Part shown: positions 43,956-53,476 of the stretch, piece after piece | How the letters are laid out: the number at the start of each line of letters is the position of its first letter | Position numbering within the stretch: position 1 is the first letter of the stretch | NCBI GenBank assembly: GCA_944358895.1 | Contig: CALVSB010000004.1 | Location: 21,236 to 85,235 of the forward strand | Origin: an uncultured Bacilli bacterium | GTDB lineage: Bacteria > Bacillota_I > Bacilli_A > RFN20 > CAG-826 | Direction of reading: 5' to 3' | Length of the DNA: 64,000 bases | Made by a program: the position numbers and the translations under genes | The notes under the pieces: model-generated | What the model saw: the letters and a program-made list of their open reading frames with translations, nothing else | What the model was told of the DNA's origin: nothing | The model's database searches: none

Positions 43956-44459
43956 TCACCACTTTGCGCTAAGGTGAATCGTCGGCTTAACGGCCGCCAT
44001 GAAAGCCTTGTTCCTCATAAGGAGGAGGAAGAGGACATAACCGGCCGCCAAAACGGCAAGTTCGCCGAGAGCGACGTAGATGGCATTCAAGTAGAAGAAG
44101 TCGCCAAAAACGAAGGTCAATTCCGCCCCGACAATGAGGGCGTTGAAGACCACTGGCCAAACGGCCGCGATGAGCATTCGCGGCGACAGGTAGGAAATGA
44201 AGATGCAGCTCAGGAACGTCGCCAGGGTTCCGAAGACCCAGTCCGGCCAGCCGACCGGGGAGGCGAGATTGGCTAAGAAGCAGCCGATCGTAAGGCCCCA
44301 GGTGAAGTCCTTCCGGAAGAAACAAAGGAGCATGAGGCACTCGGCAATCCGGAACTGGATGGCTTGGTAGGAAAGCGATCCAAGGGCGATGGTGAGGACG
44401 AAATAAAGAGCCGCCACTACAGCGTTGGCGGCTATTTTCTTCGTGGTATTTTCGGTCAT
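43956..44459 (-). CDS. queT: QueT preQ1 transporter (ECF S-component)
   Basis: AALYFVLT...QFRIAECL, GCFLANL; preQ1 riboswitch upstream. Confidence 0.92.
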   Translation of the reverse strand: MTENTTKKIAANAVVAALYFVLTIALGSLSYQAIQFRIAECLMLLCFFRKDFTWGLTIGCFLANLASPVGWPDWVFGTLATFLSCIFISYLSPRMLIAAVWPVVFNALIVGAELTFVFGDFFYLNAIYVALGELAVLAAGYVLFLLLMRNKAFMAAVKPTIHLSAKW

Positions 44460-44466
44460 ATCTTGA

Positions 44467-44506
44467 CCTCCTTGTTTTTTATACGTGGTTCAGAGGAGGA
44501 ACACGT
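44467..44506 (-). ncRNA. preQ1 class I riboswitch (translational)
   Basis: ACGTG-TTCCTCCTCTGAAC-CACGT-ATAAAAAAC-AAGGAGG: 5-bp P1, A-rich tail, loop CCTCCT complementary to the SD. Confidence 0.88.
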
Positions 44507-44540
44507 TTGCGGTGAGACTATAGGCTTTTTGCGGAGGAAA

Positions 44541-45506
44541 TCAATAGAAAGCCATCCAGGAATCGGGGACGGGGAGGCCTTCCTCGGAAGCTTTGATAAC
44601 GCCGGCGATCATCGGGGCAATCGAGATCACGCTCACCCAAGAATCGTAAGACCGCTCGATCGAATTGGTGACGACGAGATCCCCAACTCTCCCTTCCTTG
44701 ATCCTCGAAAGGGCATCGTGGGAGAAGATGCCGTGGGTCCCGCCGACAAAGACGGAAGCGGCGCCGTGGCGGTAAAGAGCGTCGACACTAGCCAAGACGG
44801 TCCCGGCCGTGTCGATGATGTCGTCCACGATGATGCAGTGTTTGCCCTTGACGTTGCCTACGACATTGACGACTTCGGCGACATTGGGGGCCGGCCGCCG
44901 CTTATCGATGATGGCCAGATTCGAATTGGCAATCTCCGAGGCAAGGTCCCGGGCCCGATGGGTCGATCCGTGGTCGGGAGAAGCGACGCAGCAGTCCTCG
45001 CTTTTGATCCCTTTCTTAACAATGAGGTTCCGATAATATTCGCCAAAAAGGGAAATCGGGGACAAATCGTCGACCGGGCAGGAGAAGAAGCCTTGGATTT
45101 GCGGGGTATGAAGATCCACCGTGATAATCCGGTTGACGCCGACGGTTTCAAGAAGCTTGGCCACCAATTTGGCCGTGATTGGCTCGCCCGAGCGGGCAAC
45201 GCGGTCCTGCCGGCAGAAGCCGTAATAAGGGATAACGAGGTTGATCTCCTTGGCCTTGGCATTCCTCAAGCCATCGATGAAGATCAAAAGCTCCATCAGC
45301 CTTTCCGACACCGGGGTCGCGGTCGATTGGATGACGTAGACCGTCTTGCCCCGGACATTGGAGAGGGGGCGGGCCAGCACTTCGCCGTCGGCAAAGTGGG
45401 TAACCTCGCTCTCTGAAAGGGGGATGCCAAGGTTATCGGCCACTTCTTTGGCCAAGGATGGATTGGCTGTCAAATAGAAAAGCGTAACGTTCGCAAGGTT
45501 GTTCAT
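44541..45506 (-). CDS. prs: Ribose-phosphate pyrophosphokinase
   Basis: FADGE, DLHTPQIQGFF, SPDHG, DKRR, VDDIIDTAGT; start ATG 45506. Confidence 0.97.
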   Translation of the reverse strand: MNNLANVTLFYLTANPSLAKEVADNLGIPLSESEVTHFADGEVLARPLSNVRGKTVYVIQSTATPVSERLMELLIFIDGLRNAKAKEINLVIPYYGFCRQDRVARSGEPITAKLVAKLLETVGVNRIITVDLHTPQIQGFFSCPVDDLSPISLFGEYYRNLIVKKGIKSEDCCVASPDHGSTHRARDLASEIANSNLAIIDKRRPAPNVAEVVNVVGNVKGKHCIIVDDIIDTAGTVLASVDALYRHGAASVFVGGTHGIFSHDALSRIKEGRVGDLVVTNSIERSYDSWVSVISIAPMIAGVIKASEEGLPVPDSWMAFY

Positions 45507-45621
45507 ATTTCGGATTATAGAACATTCGTCGGCCCGTCTAAGCCCGAAAAAGGCAATAAACAATCCAAAGAAAGCGTTTACCCCTCAAAAAGGCGGAACG
45601 TTTGCAATACACTAGGGCCGT

Positions 45622-46107
45622 ATGCGTACCTTGATTCTTCTCTCGGCCATGCCCGGGAGCGGCAAATCGACTTGGGCTCGGGCCTATCAGGCGGCCCATC
45701 CTCACACTTATATCGTGAGCAGCGACGAAATTCGGGTTGAGCTCTTCGGCAAAGCCCAGGATTTCCGGGACGAAAAAATGGTTTGGGACACTTATCTCAA
45801 GCGTCTGAACGACTCGGGGAAGGAATTCGACGATACGACAGTCATCGCAGATGCGACCAACCTTCAGAACAAGTACCGCCGCTACTACTGCGAAGAAACG
45901 CCCAATTTCGACCGCCACGTTCTCGTCTACTTCAAAATGCCGTACGAAGTCTGCTGCCGCCAAAACAAAATGCGGAGCAGCGACCGGGTTGTCCCAGACG
46001 AAGCTATGAAAAAGCTCTATGCCGAACTTGAAGAGCCAGATGAGGAGACAATCAACCTCTACGACGAATACCTCATCATCCATAACATCGACGCCTTAAT
46101 GAAATAA
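45622..46107 (+). CDS. P-loop kinase (AAA_33 / polynucleotide-kinase-like)
   Basis: PGSGKST, SSDEIR, DATN, RVVP. Confidence 0.85.
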   Translation: MRTLILLSAMPGSGKSTWARAYQAAHPHTYIVSSDEIRVELFGKAQDFRDEKMVWDTYLKRLNDSGKEFDDTTVIADATNLQNKYRRYYCEETPNFDRHVLVYFKMPYEVCCRQNKMRSSDRVVPDEAMKKLYAELEEPDEETINLYDEYLIIHNIDALMK

Positions 46108-46126
46108 GGCGCCGTTGGCTGAAAGG

Positions 46127-46163
46127 AAAAAAAGAAATGCCCTCCAAAGCGGAGGGCATTTTC
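46127..46163. terminator. Bidirectional intrinsic terminator
   Basis: AAATGCCCTCC-AAAGC-GGAGGGCATTTT between convergent genes. Confidence 0.85.
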
Positions 46164-46175
46164 GCATCCCAATGA

Positions 46176-47132
46176 TTAGGCGTTCTCGCGCTTGGCCTTC
46201 GGCGAGAGGCTGTAGCCGACGAAAGCCACCGTCCCGATGATGAGGAGCGAGCCGAGAATCACGAGCATGACCGGATAGCCGTAGCCAACCGGCTTGTAGT
46301 CGATCGTGAGGATGGTATAGAAGCTGTCCTTGTCGCCAAGGCCGACGAGTTCGAAGCAGCCGATCAAGAGCATCGCGAGGCCAAGGAGACCGCCGGTGAC
46401 CGTGATGGCGGCATTGGAGAATTTAGCCGCTTTCGCGAACCCGTCCTTCCGAACCTTGAAGCCAAGGACGGCAAGCATGATGCCAGGGATGGCAGTCGCA
46501 ACGATCAAGGTCCAAAGCTGGAGCGAAATGTCCGCATCGTAGGCCATGTCAGTGGAGAGATAGAGGCCAGGAAGCGTGATGAGAGCTTCGACCGCCATCA
46601 CAAGAAGGCCAGTCGCGGCGCCCCAAGCAAGCCTGGTAACGAGGACCGAGGAATCTTTGCCATCAAAGAGCTTGACCATCGGGATGTTCGTGGCGATGAG
46701 AAGAATAATAGCGACGATAAGGGCGGCGACAACAACGAAGGCAACGCTCCCGTTGCTGGTACCAGTCGTATTGCTAGTGAGATCGAAGAGAAGAACGGCT
46801 TGCAGGAGGAAGAAGATCGAAGCAACCCAACCGTCGGCAATGAAGGCCGAGAAGCTTTGAACGAGTTTCTCGTCGCTGCTGCTATTGAGCGAGAGCAGAG
46901 CCTTCACAAAGCCATAAGTCGAGATGAGGAACAGCGTAAGGCCGACTGCAGCGAGTTCGAAGTAAAGGAGGTAGGAAGCCCGGAAGAGCGAATCGACGAA
47001 GATATTGGCCCCCGCATTGAAGTACTCCGGAACGACAAAGAAACCAAAATAGAAGCCGAGGCAGCCAAAGGCCAAGGCAATGATCCCGTGGAAGATCAAA
47101 CTTAGGACACGGGCGGTTTGAGAATACTTCAT
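46176..47132 (-). CDS. Hypothetical polytopic membrane protein
   Basis: 318 aa, about 8 TM segments, GAGG RBS. Confidence 0.78.
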   Translation of the reverse strand: MKYSQTARVLSLIFHGIIALAFGCLGFYFGFFVVPEYFNAGANIFVDSLFRASYLLYFELAAVGLTLFLISTYGFVKALLSLNSSSDEKLVQSFSAFIADGWVASIFFLLQAVLLFDLTSNTTGTSNGSVAFVVVAALIVAIILLIATNIPMVKLFDGKDSSVLVTRLAWGAATGLLVMAVEALITLPGLYLSTDMAYDADISLQLWTLIVATAIPGIMLAVLGFKVRKDGFAKAAKFSNAAITVTGGLLGLAMLLIGCFELVGLGDKDSFYTILTIDYKPVGYGYPVMLVILGSLLIIGTVAFVGYSLSPKAKRENA

Positions 47133-47313
47133 TTACTGATACCTCTCGAAATAAAGGCACTGGACCTGACAGATGAGTGTCCAAGCGTCCTAGTTATTAA
47201 ATTCTATCTTTATAAGATAGTCAATTACGAAATGGCCCTCTTGCCTTACGGCAAAAGAAAGAATAACTTCTGACAAACTCGTCGCAAAATCAGCTGCAAA
47301 AACCCTTTCTTTT

Positions 47314-48471
47314 TCAAGATTTAAGGCTTTTAGCCAACAAATAGGCGGTCGCTAGGGCCCAAGTTAGGTTGTAACCCCCGCATTTTCCGTCGACATCGAG
47401 GGCTTCGCCGATGATTCCAACGCCATCTTCGATTCTCGAATGGCAAGCGAGGTCGACATCATCCAAAACGACACCGCCATGGGTAACTTGGCTATCGTTG
47501 AAGCCATAGGAGGAGGAGGGGTGAAAGACGAGATTCTTAAGCATGGCGACGGGGTCTTTCTTTTCCCGTTCGCTTCTTTTCAAGATATAGGCAGCCAGGT
47601 TTTTCTCCACAATCGTTTCAAGAGGCCGCCCTCCATAGCTACGGGCTCGCATCTCCATCTTCTTAATCTCGCCTTCCGTTCGGTCTGGAAAAAAGTCGAG
47701 AACGACAGCCGAGGAATTCCAAAGCCGCTTCCACGAAAGGAAGCTCGAGGCATTGAAAGCCACGATGCCGCTCAACCCGTCTTCCTTGAAAAGAATTTCG
47801 CCTCTTTCCTCGTAAAGGGAGCGTCCCTTGGAAACTACGGAAACCAGGGATTGATGACGGATGCCTTTCAAGATGCCGAGCCCTACCTCTTTCACCTTAA
47901 TCGGCGAAAGAGCCGGAACCAAATTTTCAATGTGGTATCCATGCTTCGAAAGAACCGAGAAGAAAGAACCGTCGCTCCCGAGCTTCGGAGATGATTTTCC
48001 ACCGGTCGATACTACCAAAAAATCGACGTGCCTTTTCGTGTTGTGATTAAGCAGAACATCAGCTCCGTTCGCGCTTTTTACGTAGTCAATTACCTTAAAA
48101 CCGGTAAAAAAGACAACTTTACGGGAGGAAAGGATATCGAGAAGATAAGCAAGAAGGGATGCGGCACTATAGGTAAGCGGGTAAATGCCTTCCTTCCGTT
48201 TCTGCAGGTATATTCCCTCCTCTTCCAGCGCCCTATGGAGAGTTTCGTACCCGCAGATAGCCAAATACTTGCCTGCTAGCGGATCGGAGTAGCATTCCGG
48301 AGCCGGGTTTTCGTTCAAGATATTGCAATGGCCGTTCCCGGTCGCGAGGATCTTCCGCCCCGCTCTTTCTTCCTTTTCGTAAACCTCGATATGCCAATCG
48401 GGCTGGAGGGAAGAAAGGAAAAGGGCAAAGAAAAGACCGGCCGCCCCACCGCCAACGATGCCGATCTTCAT
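47314..48471 (-). CDS. HI0933/YhiN (BaiN-like) flavoprotein
   Basis: GGGAAG, GRKILATGNGHCN, TGGKSSP, GEALDVDGKCGGYNL. Confidence 0.9.
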   Translation of the reverse strand: MKIGIVGGGAAGLFFALFLSSLQPDWHIEVYEKEERAGRKILATGNGHCNILNENPAPECYSDPLAGKYLAICGYETLHRALEEEGIYLQKRKEGIYPLTYSAASLLAYLLDILSSRKVVFFTGFKVIDYVKSANGADVLLNHNTKRHVDFLVVSTGGKSSPKLGSDGSFFSVLSKHGYHIENLVPALSPIKVKEVGLGILKGIRHQSLVSVVSKGRSLYEERGEILFKEDGLSGIVAFNASSFLSWKRLWNSSAVVLDFFPDRTEGEIKKMEMRARSYGGRPLETIVEKNLAAYILKRSEREKKDPVAMLKNLVFHPSSSYGFNDSQVTHGGVVLDDVDLACHSRIEDGVGIIGEALDVDGKCGGYNLTWALATAYLLAKSLKS

Positions 48472-48477
48472 AACTTA

Positions 48478-49299
48478 TTACTTTCTCGTCGAGGGGTGGC
48501 TCTTCCAAAAGCGGTCGAGTTCCTCTTTCGTGAGGGACCTAGCCTCGTCCTCGCTAATCACCAGTTGGCTCTTCCCGTAATAGGAAAGGAGTTCTTCGTG
48601 GACGATTTTCTGGAGCGACTCGGGCGTGCAGGGCTGAGTCGAAGGATCACTGTAGGTTGGAGCCGTCGTTTCACTGGCAGCCGGGGCCGCTTTCTCATTC
48701 TCGACCTGCTCTTCCTTCGGGGCCTTGAAGATGATGAGTTTACGAGTGGTGTAGTTATAGATGAGGGTCACGATCGTTTTGATGACAAAGATAACGAGGA
48801 AGGCCCAGAACGCGAGGCCACCGGTCTCCAGAAGATTACCCCAACTGACATTCGCGATGTCGAGGCTGATGTCGAGCTGCCAAAGGTAGTTGCAGAGGAA
48901 GACACCGGCTTCCTGGATGGCAAGGCCGATGAGCCAGCCGCCAACCGCCAAGAAAAAGTAAGTCCAGAACGCTTTGGCTGTTTTCGTATTGATGCTTTTG
49001 TCTACGTTTTTGAAGACGACCGTCCGCGAAAGGACGAAGTTGACACAGCAGGAGATGACAAAGCCAACCGTCACCGCGATAGCGAAGCTCACATACCCCG
49101 TCCATTCATTGATCGCCGATAGATTGTCGGAGAGGGCCCAGACAATCACATATTGGAGGGCAAAATCGATGACCGTGCAAAGAACGCCGACGAAGAAGAA
49201 GCGTATGAGTTCAAGCGAGAGCTTCTTTTTGTTGGTCTCTTTCTTCGAGGCCGCTGCATCGAGAGTTTCGGTCCCGACGCTGATGTCTTTTTTCTTCAT
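48478..49299 (-). CDS. GtrA family membrane protein with C-terminal extension
   Basis: IRFFFVGVLCTVIDF, NFVLSRTVVF, YNYTTRKLIIF. Confidence 0.85.
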   Translation of the reverse strand: MKKKDISVGTETLDAAASKKETNKKKLSLELIRFFFVGVLCTVIDFALQYVIVWALSDNLSAINEWTGYVSFAIAVTVGFVISCCVNFVLSRTVVFKNVDKSINTKTAKAFWTYFFLAVGGWLIGLAIQEAGVFLCNYLWQLDISLDIANVSWGNLLETGGLAFWAFLVIFVIKTIVTLIYNYTTRKLIIFKAPKEEQVENEKAAPAASETTAPTYSDPSTQPCTPESLQKIVHEELLSYYGKSQLVISEDEARSLTKEELDRFWKSHPSTRK

Positions 49300-49331
49300 A
49301 AGGCTATATTAGCATTCCTTCCTAAAGGCAT

Positions 49332-51443
49332 TTATAGGCTTTCCGCTTCTTTTATCAACAAACTTCCGTCGGCATCCGAAGGAAAACGCAAATCCCCGCG
49401 CGGGGAAATGGCCGCCGAACCGACTTTGGCGCCATCCGGCAAGCAATTCCGTTTGAATTGGTTGGCGAAGAAACGTTTGAAGAAAACCGTAAGCCACTTC
49501 TTGATTGCCGAATCGTCATACTCGCCTCTGAACGCCTCTTTCGCAATGAAATAAAGCTTTTTCGGGCGGAAACGATAGCGAAGATAATAGTAGATAAAGA
49601 AGTCGTGAAGCTCATAAGGCCCAATCTTGTCTTCCGTCTTTTGGGCGATTTTTCCCTCCTTATCGGTCGGGAGAAGCTCAGGCGAAATAGGCGTGTCCAA
49701 GATGTCTAGGAGGGAAGGCGCACATTCTGGATGAAGCACGGCATATCCCCTGACTAGATATTTGACAAGCGTTTTGGGGATAGAGGCATTGACTCCGTAC
49801 ATTGACATATGGTCGCCGTTGTAGGTGCACCACCCAAGGCACAGTTCAGAGAGGTCGCCGGTTCCGATCATGATGGCCCCGGTGTCGTTCGCAATGTCCA
49901 TCAGAACTTGGGTCCGTTCACGGGCTTGGGCATTCTCGTAAGCGACATTCAGATCATCGCCGTGCCCAATGTCTTTTAAGTGACATTTGACACTTTCAGC
50001 AATATTAATCTCCCTAAATGTAACGCCTAAAGACCGCGCCAAAGCTTCCGCATTGTCATGCGTCCTTTTGGAGGTTCCAAAACAAGGGAGCGTTATGGCC
50101 GTAATCTCTCTCGGATCGAGGCCCAATTTAACAAAGGCCCGATGCGTGACCAGGAGAGCCAAGGTGGAATCCAAGCCACCCGAAAGACCAATGACTGCCT
50201 TACGGCAACGGATGGCCCGAAGGCGGCTCGCAAGCCCGGCAGCTTGGATATCGAGAATTGACGTCACCCGTTCAGTATCGACATTCCCAGAAGGAATGAA
50301 GGGGTTGCGGCCATATGACCGATCGAGGACCTCAGGAAGTCCAATCGGAAGATCAAAAGTAACGTAGAGCGTCTTGTCGTTTGTTTCCTCTTTAAACGAA
50401 TTCATGCGTCGCCGTTCGGCCTGCAAAAGGTCCAAATCGATGTCAGAAATGGCCATTTTCATACTGAACAGGGGGCTTTCACGGAGGATTTTCCCGTTTT
50501 CGGCAATAATATTGTGCGAGGCAAAGACAAGATCGGAGGTGCTTTCCCCTTCCCCGGAATCGGCATAGACATAGGCCGCTACTTCTTTGGCCGAAGCCAT
50601 GGAGACGAGGCTCCTCCGATAGGCGGCTTTCCCAACCGTTTCGTTGGAAGAAGAAAGATTGAGTATCACCGTCGCGCCAGCCAGAGCCAAATCGGTCGAC
50701 GGAGAGGAAGGAACCCACAGGTCCTCACAAATTTCGACCCCGATCTTCAAAGATGGATAAGCACGGTCAACGAAGACAATCCCTGTCCCGAAAGGCACTT
50801 CCTCGCCGAAAAGGCGAACATTGAGACGCTTCTTCGGAGCAGCCGCGAAATGACGTCCCTCATAGAATTCCGAGTAGGTCGGAATATACGTTTTGGGAAC
50901 GATACCTAGCAATTTTCCCTTCGAACATATAAAGGCACAATTGTATAACCTGCTTAAAACCTTGAAGGGAGCTCCGAAAGCAAAGATGATGTTTAGTTCC
51001 TTCGTTTCGTCGAGAATCTTTTTAATCCCGTCGAGAACGCCCTGAAGGATCCGCTCGTCGAGGAACCCGTCTCCCAGGGTGTATCCCGTAAGACACAATT
51101 CAGGAAGAGCCAAGACGTGGGCGCCATTGCCCGCCCCTTCCTTAATCGCCTTGATGATCTCGTCAGCGTTGCCCTCGGGATTTCCAAGATGGACAAATGG
51201 GGTTCCGGCAGCAACCCTGGCGAAGCCAAGGTTATTGCCGGAAAAGGCGATATCGATCGTCACTTCTTCGGAAGAGGGCCTGTCTTCTTTCTTTTCTTCC
51301 AGCTTTTCGTATTCCTCGGGCGAAACGATAACGAAACGAATCGTTCCGTTTTTGCTGACCGGCAGCCTACCGTCCGCCGCCCTTAAATCCGCTTCCAGCT
51401 TGTTCGTGTCCCGTAGGGCCGTGATGGGTTCTGTTCTCTTCAT
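49332..51443 (-). CDS. nadE: Glutamine-dependent NAD+ synthetase with N-terminal Phd/YefM-like domain
   Basis: Nitrilase domain (PELCLTGY, PK, EICEDLW) plus synthetase GLSGGLDST and ENAQARER; about 55 extra N-terminal residues. Confidence 0.96.
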   Translation of the reverse strand: MKRTEPITALRDTNKLEADLRAADGRLPVSKNGTIRFVIVSPEEYEKLEEKKEDRPSSEEVTIDIAFSGNNLGFARVAAGTPFVHLGNPEGNADEIIKAIKEGAGNGAHVLALPELCLTGYTLGDGFLDERILQGVLDGIKKILDETKELNIIFAFGAPFKVLSRLYNCAFICSKGKLLGIVPKTYIPTYSEFYEGRHFAAAPKKRLNVRLFGEEVPFGTGIVFVDRAYPSLKIGVEICEDLWVPSSPSTDLALAGATVILNLSSSNETVGKAAYRRSLVSMASAKEVAAYVYADSGEGESTSDLVFASHNIIAENGKILRESPLFSMKMAISDIDLDLLQAERRRMNSFKEETNDKTLYVTFDLPIGLPEVLDRSYGRNPFIPSGNVDTERVTSILDIQAAGLASRLRAIRCRKAVIGLSGGLDSTLALLVTHRAFVKLGLDPREITAITLPCFGTSKRTHDNAEALARSLGVTFREINIAESVKCHLKDIGHGDDLNVAYENAQARERTQVLMDIANDTGAIMIGTGDLSELCLGWCTYNGDHMSMYGVNASIPKTLVKYLVRGYAVLHPECAPSLLDILDTPISPELLPTDKEGKIAQKTEDKIGPYELHDFFIYYYLRYRFRPKKLYFIAKEAFRGEYDDSAIKKWLTVFFKRFFANQFKRNCLPDGAKVGSAAISPRGDLRFPSDADGSLLIKEAESL

Positions 51444-51516
51444 GACAAAATTTTACCATCATATTGTCATTCTTGTACCCTTATCGAAGATAAGTATGTC
51501 GCTATAATACGGCCGT

Positions 51517-52398
51517 ATGGCAAAAGGTCTCTGCATCGTCAATGGCTATTCTTCGCTCCAAGGTCCGCGCCATTTCTATGAACGGATGAAAGAAGAACTC
51601 GAGAGGAAAAACATCGGCCTCTCCCTTTTGAAAGCTACCACCTTCCTCTCGGAGATTGACGGAAACGGAACCATCGAGATCCTTCCCGGCATGTTCTCCT
51701 TTGTTCTCTTTTTGGATAAAGACGCATATCTGGCCGCCGCCCTCGAAGGCCAAGGCTACCGCCTCTTTAATAGAGCCGAAGCCATCCGCCTAAGCGACGA
51801 CAAAATGCTGACGTCACTCGCTCTCGCCGGCCACGGCATCCGGATGCCAAAAACGATCGGGGCTCCGCTCAATTACGTTGGAGGCCATGACCAAGCTTTC
51901 CTCCGCCTCGTTGAAAAGGAGCTGTCCTATCCCCTTGTCGCGAAATGTTCCTATGGGTCGCTCGGACGCGAAGTAAAGCTCGTCAAGGATTATTCTGAGC
52001 TTGAATCCTTCGAAGACGAAAATGCTTTGAAGTCTCACCTCTATCAGGAATACATCCCCTCATCGAAAGGGATTGACTACCGCCTGATTGTCGTCGGGGG
52101 CCATTTTGTGGCTGGCATGCGCCGCAAAAACGAGAAGGACTTCCGGAGCAACCTGGCTTGCGGCGGCGTTGGTGAAAAAGTTGAGATTCCGCAAGGCTAT
52201 ATCTACATGGCCGAAAAGGCCGCCAAGCTTCTTGGCCTCGATTATGCCGGCGTCGATCTCCTCGTCGGGCCTGACGGGGAGCCCCTTCTTTCCGAAGTCA
52301 ACTCCAATGCCTTCCTAGACGGCATCGAAAAGACGACCGGCGTCAACGTAGCTGCGTCTTACGCCGACCACATCGTCAGGACTCTTGGCCTTCAGTGA
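51517..52398 (+). CDS. RimK family ATP-grasp ligase
   Basis: DDKMLT, GSLGREV, QEYI, DFRSN, YAGVDLL, EVNSN. Confidence 0.9.
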   Translation: MAKGLCIVNGYSSLQGPRHFYERMKEELERKNIGLSLLKATTFLSEIDGNGTIEILPGMFSFVLFLDKDAYLAAALEGQGYRLFNRAEAIRLSDDKMLTSLALAGHGIRMPKTIGAPLNYVGGHDQAFLRLVEKELSYPLVAKCSYGSLGREVKLVKDYSELESFEDENALKSHLYQEYIPSSKGIDYRLIVVGGHFVAGMRRKNEKDFRSNLACGGVGEKVEIPQGYIYMAEKAAKLLGLDYAGVDLLVGPDGEPLLSEVNSNAFLDGIEKTTGVNVAASYADHIVRTLGLQ

Positions 52399-53476
52399 GA
52401 CGGTAAGCCCAAGCCAAGGCGTCTCTGTCGCTTTGGAAAGTCAATAGTTCTTCAGCCTCTTCCCTGCCCACGAGCAAAGTGCCTGTCACTTCGTTATGGT
52501 CGACCCTCACCTGAGGGTCTTCTTTTAAAACCGCGGCCTTGAATTCGACACGCTTGATATGTCCATTGGCCGGGGAGTAAACGATCGGGAAACGCTGATC
52601 GGACACAAAGTCATATTCGTCTGCTTTCAGCCCGATTTCCTCCGCAATTTCCCGATGAATGGTCGCGTTTATGTCTCGGTCGAAAGGCTCGGCATGACCT
52701 TTGGGAAGGGAAATGTGCCCGAGTCCCATCTTCTCCAAAAGGGCTTTTCCGTCATAAAGGAGAACAGCCCCATAGGAGCGTTCCTGAACGCCCAGAAGAT
52801 TGCTGAGCCCCTTGATCTCGACATCGGTCAGGCCGATGGAGATGAAGTAGTCGTTCAAGCTTCCGTATCTTTTTCCAAACCGTTCAAGAAAGGCTGGGAA
52901 ATACTCCGCTGACGGGTATAGACAAGCATGGGGGAAATCAGGGTGGGCCTTCAAGGTGCGGTCCCGAGTGTGTTTGAGAAGCGGAAGGGAAAGAAGATAA
53001 TCGGCGTTGACATCAATCGGGTCGACACCGTTGGCTAAAAGGACAAGCGATACAAAAAGTCCGGTCCGGTCTTTTCCGGCGGTGCAATGAATGACCATCG
53101 GCTTCTCGCAGTTCAGAATCGTCCGAAAGATCTTGGAGGCGCTTAAAGGCTCTTCGATCATCTCGAAATAAGAGGCATACATGTCCTCCTCGTCGACCGG
53201 AATGCGTCCGCCGCCATTGGCCTCAAGATGATAGTAAGTAGCTCCCGGGAAAGCCGAAACGTGATCCGGATACTTTCCTTGCACCTCGGAGGAGCGAAGG
53301 TCGATGATCGTCTTAATTCCAAGGGAGGCCACAAGCGGGAGGTCTGCTTCATCGATGTGCGAAATGTCGCTCGAGCGATAAAGCACCCCGTACGAGGTTT
53401 CGCCATAACGAGCCGGGTAGCCGCCGACGTCGCGGAAGTTGTCGATGCCCTTAAGCGGGATCCTTCGAAGCGTCAT
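52376..53476 (-). CDS. Tyrosine phosphatase (MptpB/IphP-like) fused to a Nudix hydrolase
   Basis: NFRDVGGY, IIDLRS, HCTAGKDRTG; C-terminal LPKGHAE...REIAEEIGL; start ATG 53476. Confidence 0.88.
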   Translation of the reverse strand: MTLRRIPLKGIDNFRDVGGYPARYGETSYGVLYRSSDISHIDEADLPLVASLGIKTIIDLRSSEVQGKYPDHVSAFPGATYYHLEANGGGRIPVDEEDMYASYFEMIEEPLSASKIFRTILNCEKPMVIHCTAGKDRTGLFVSLVLLANGVDPIDVNADYLLSLPLLKHTRDRTLKAHPDFPHACLYPSAEYFPAFLERFGKRYGSLNDYFISIGLTDVEIKGLSNLLGVQERSYGAVLLYDGKALLEKMGLGHISLPKGHAEPFDRDINATIHREIAEEIGLKADEYDFVSDQRFPIVYSPANGHIKRVEFKAAVLKEDPQVRVDHNEVTGTLLVGREEAEELLTFQSDRDALAWAYRLTEGQES

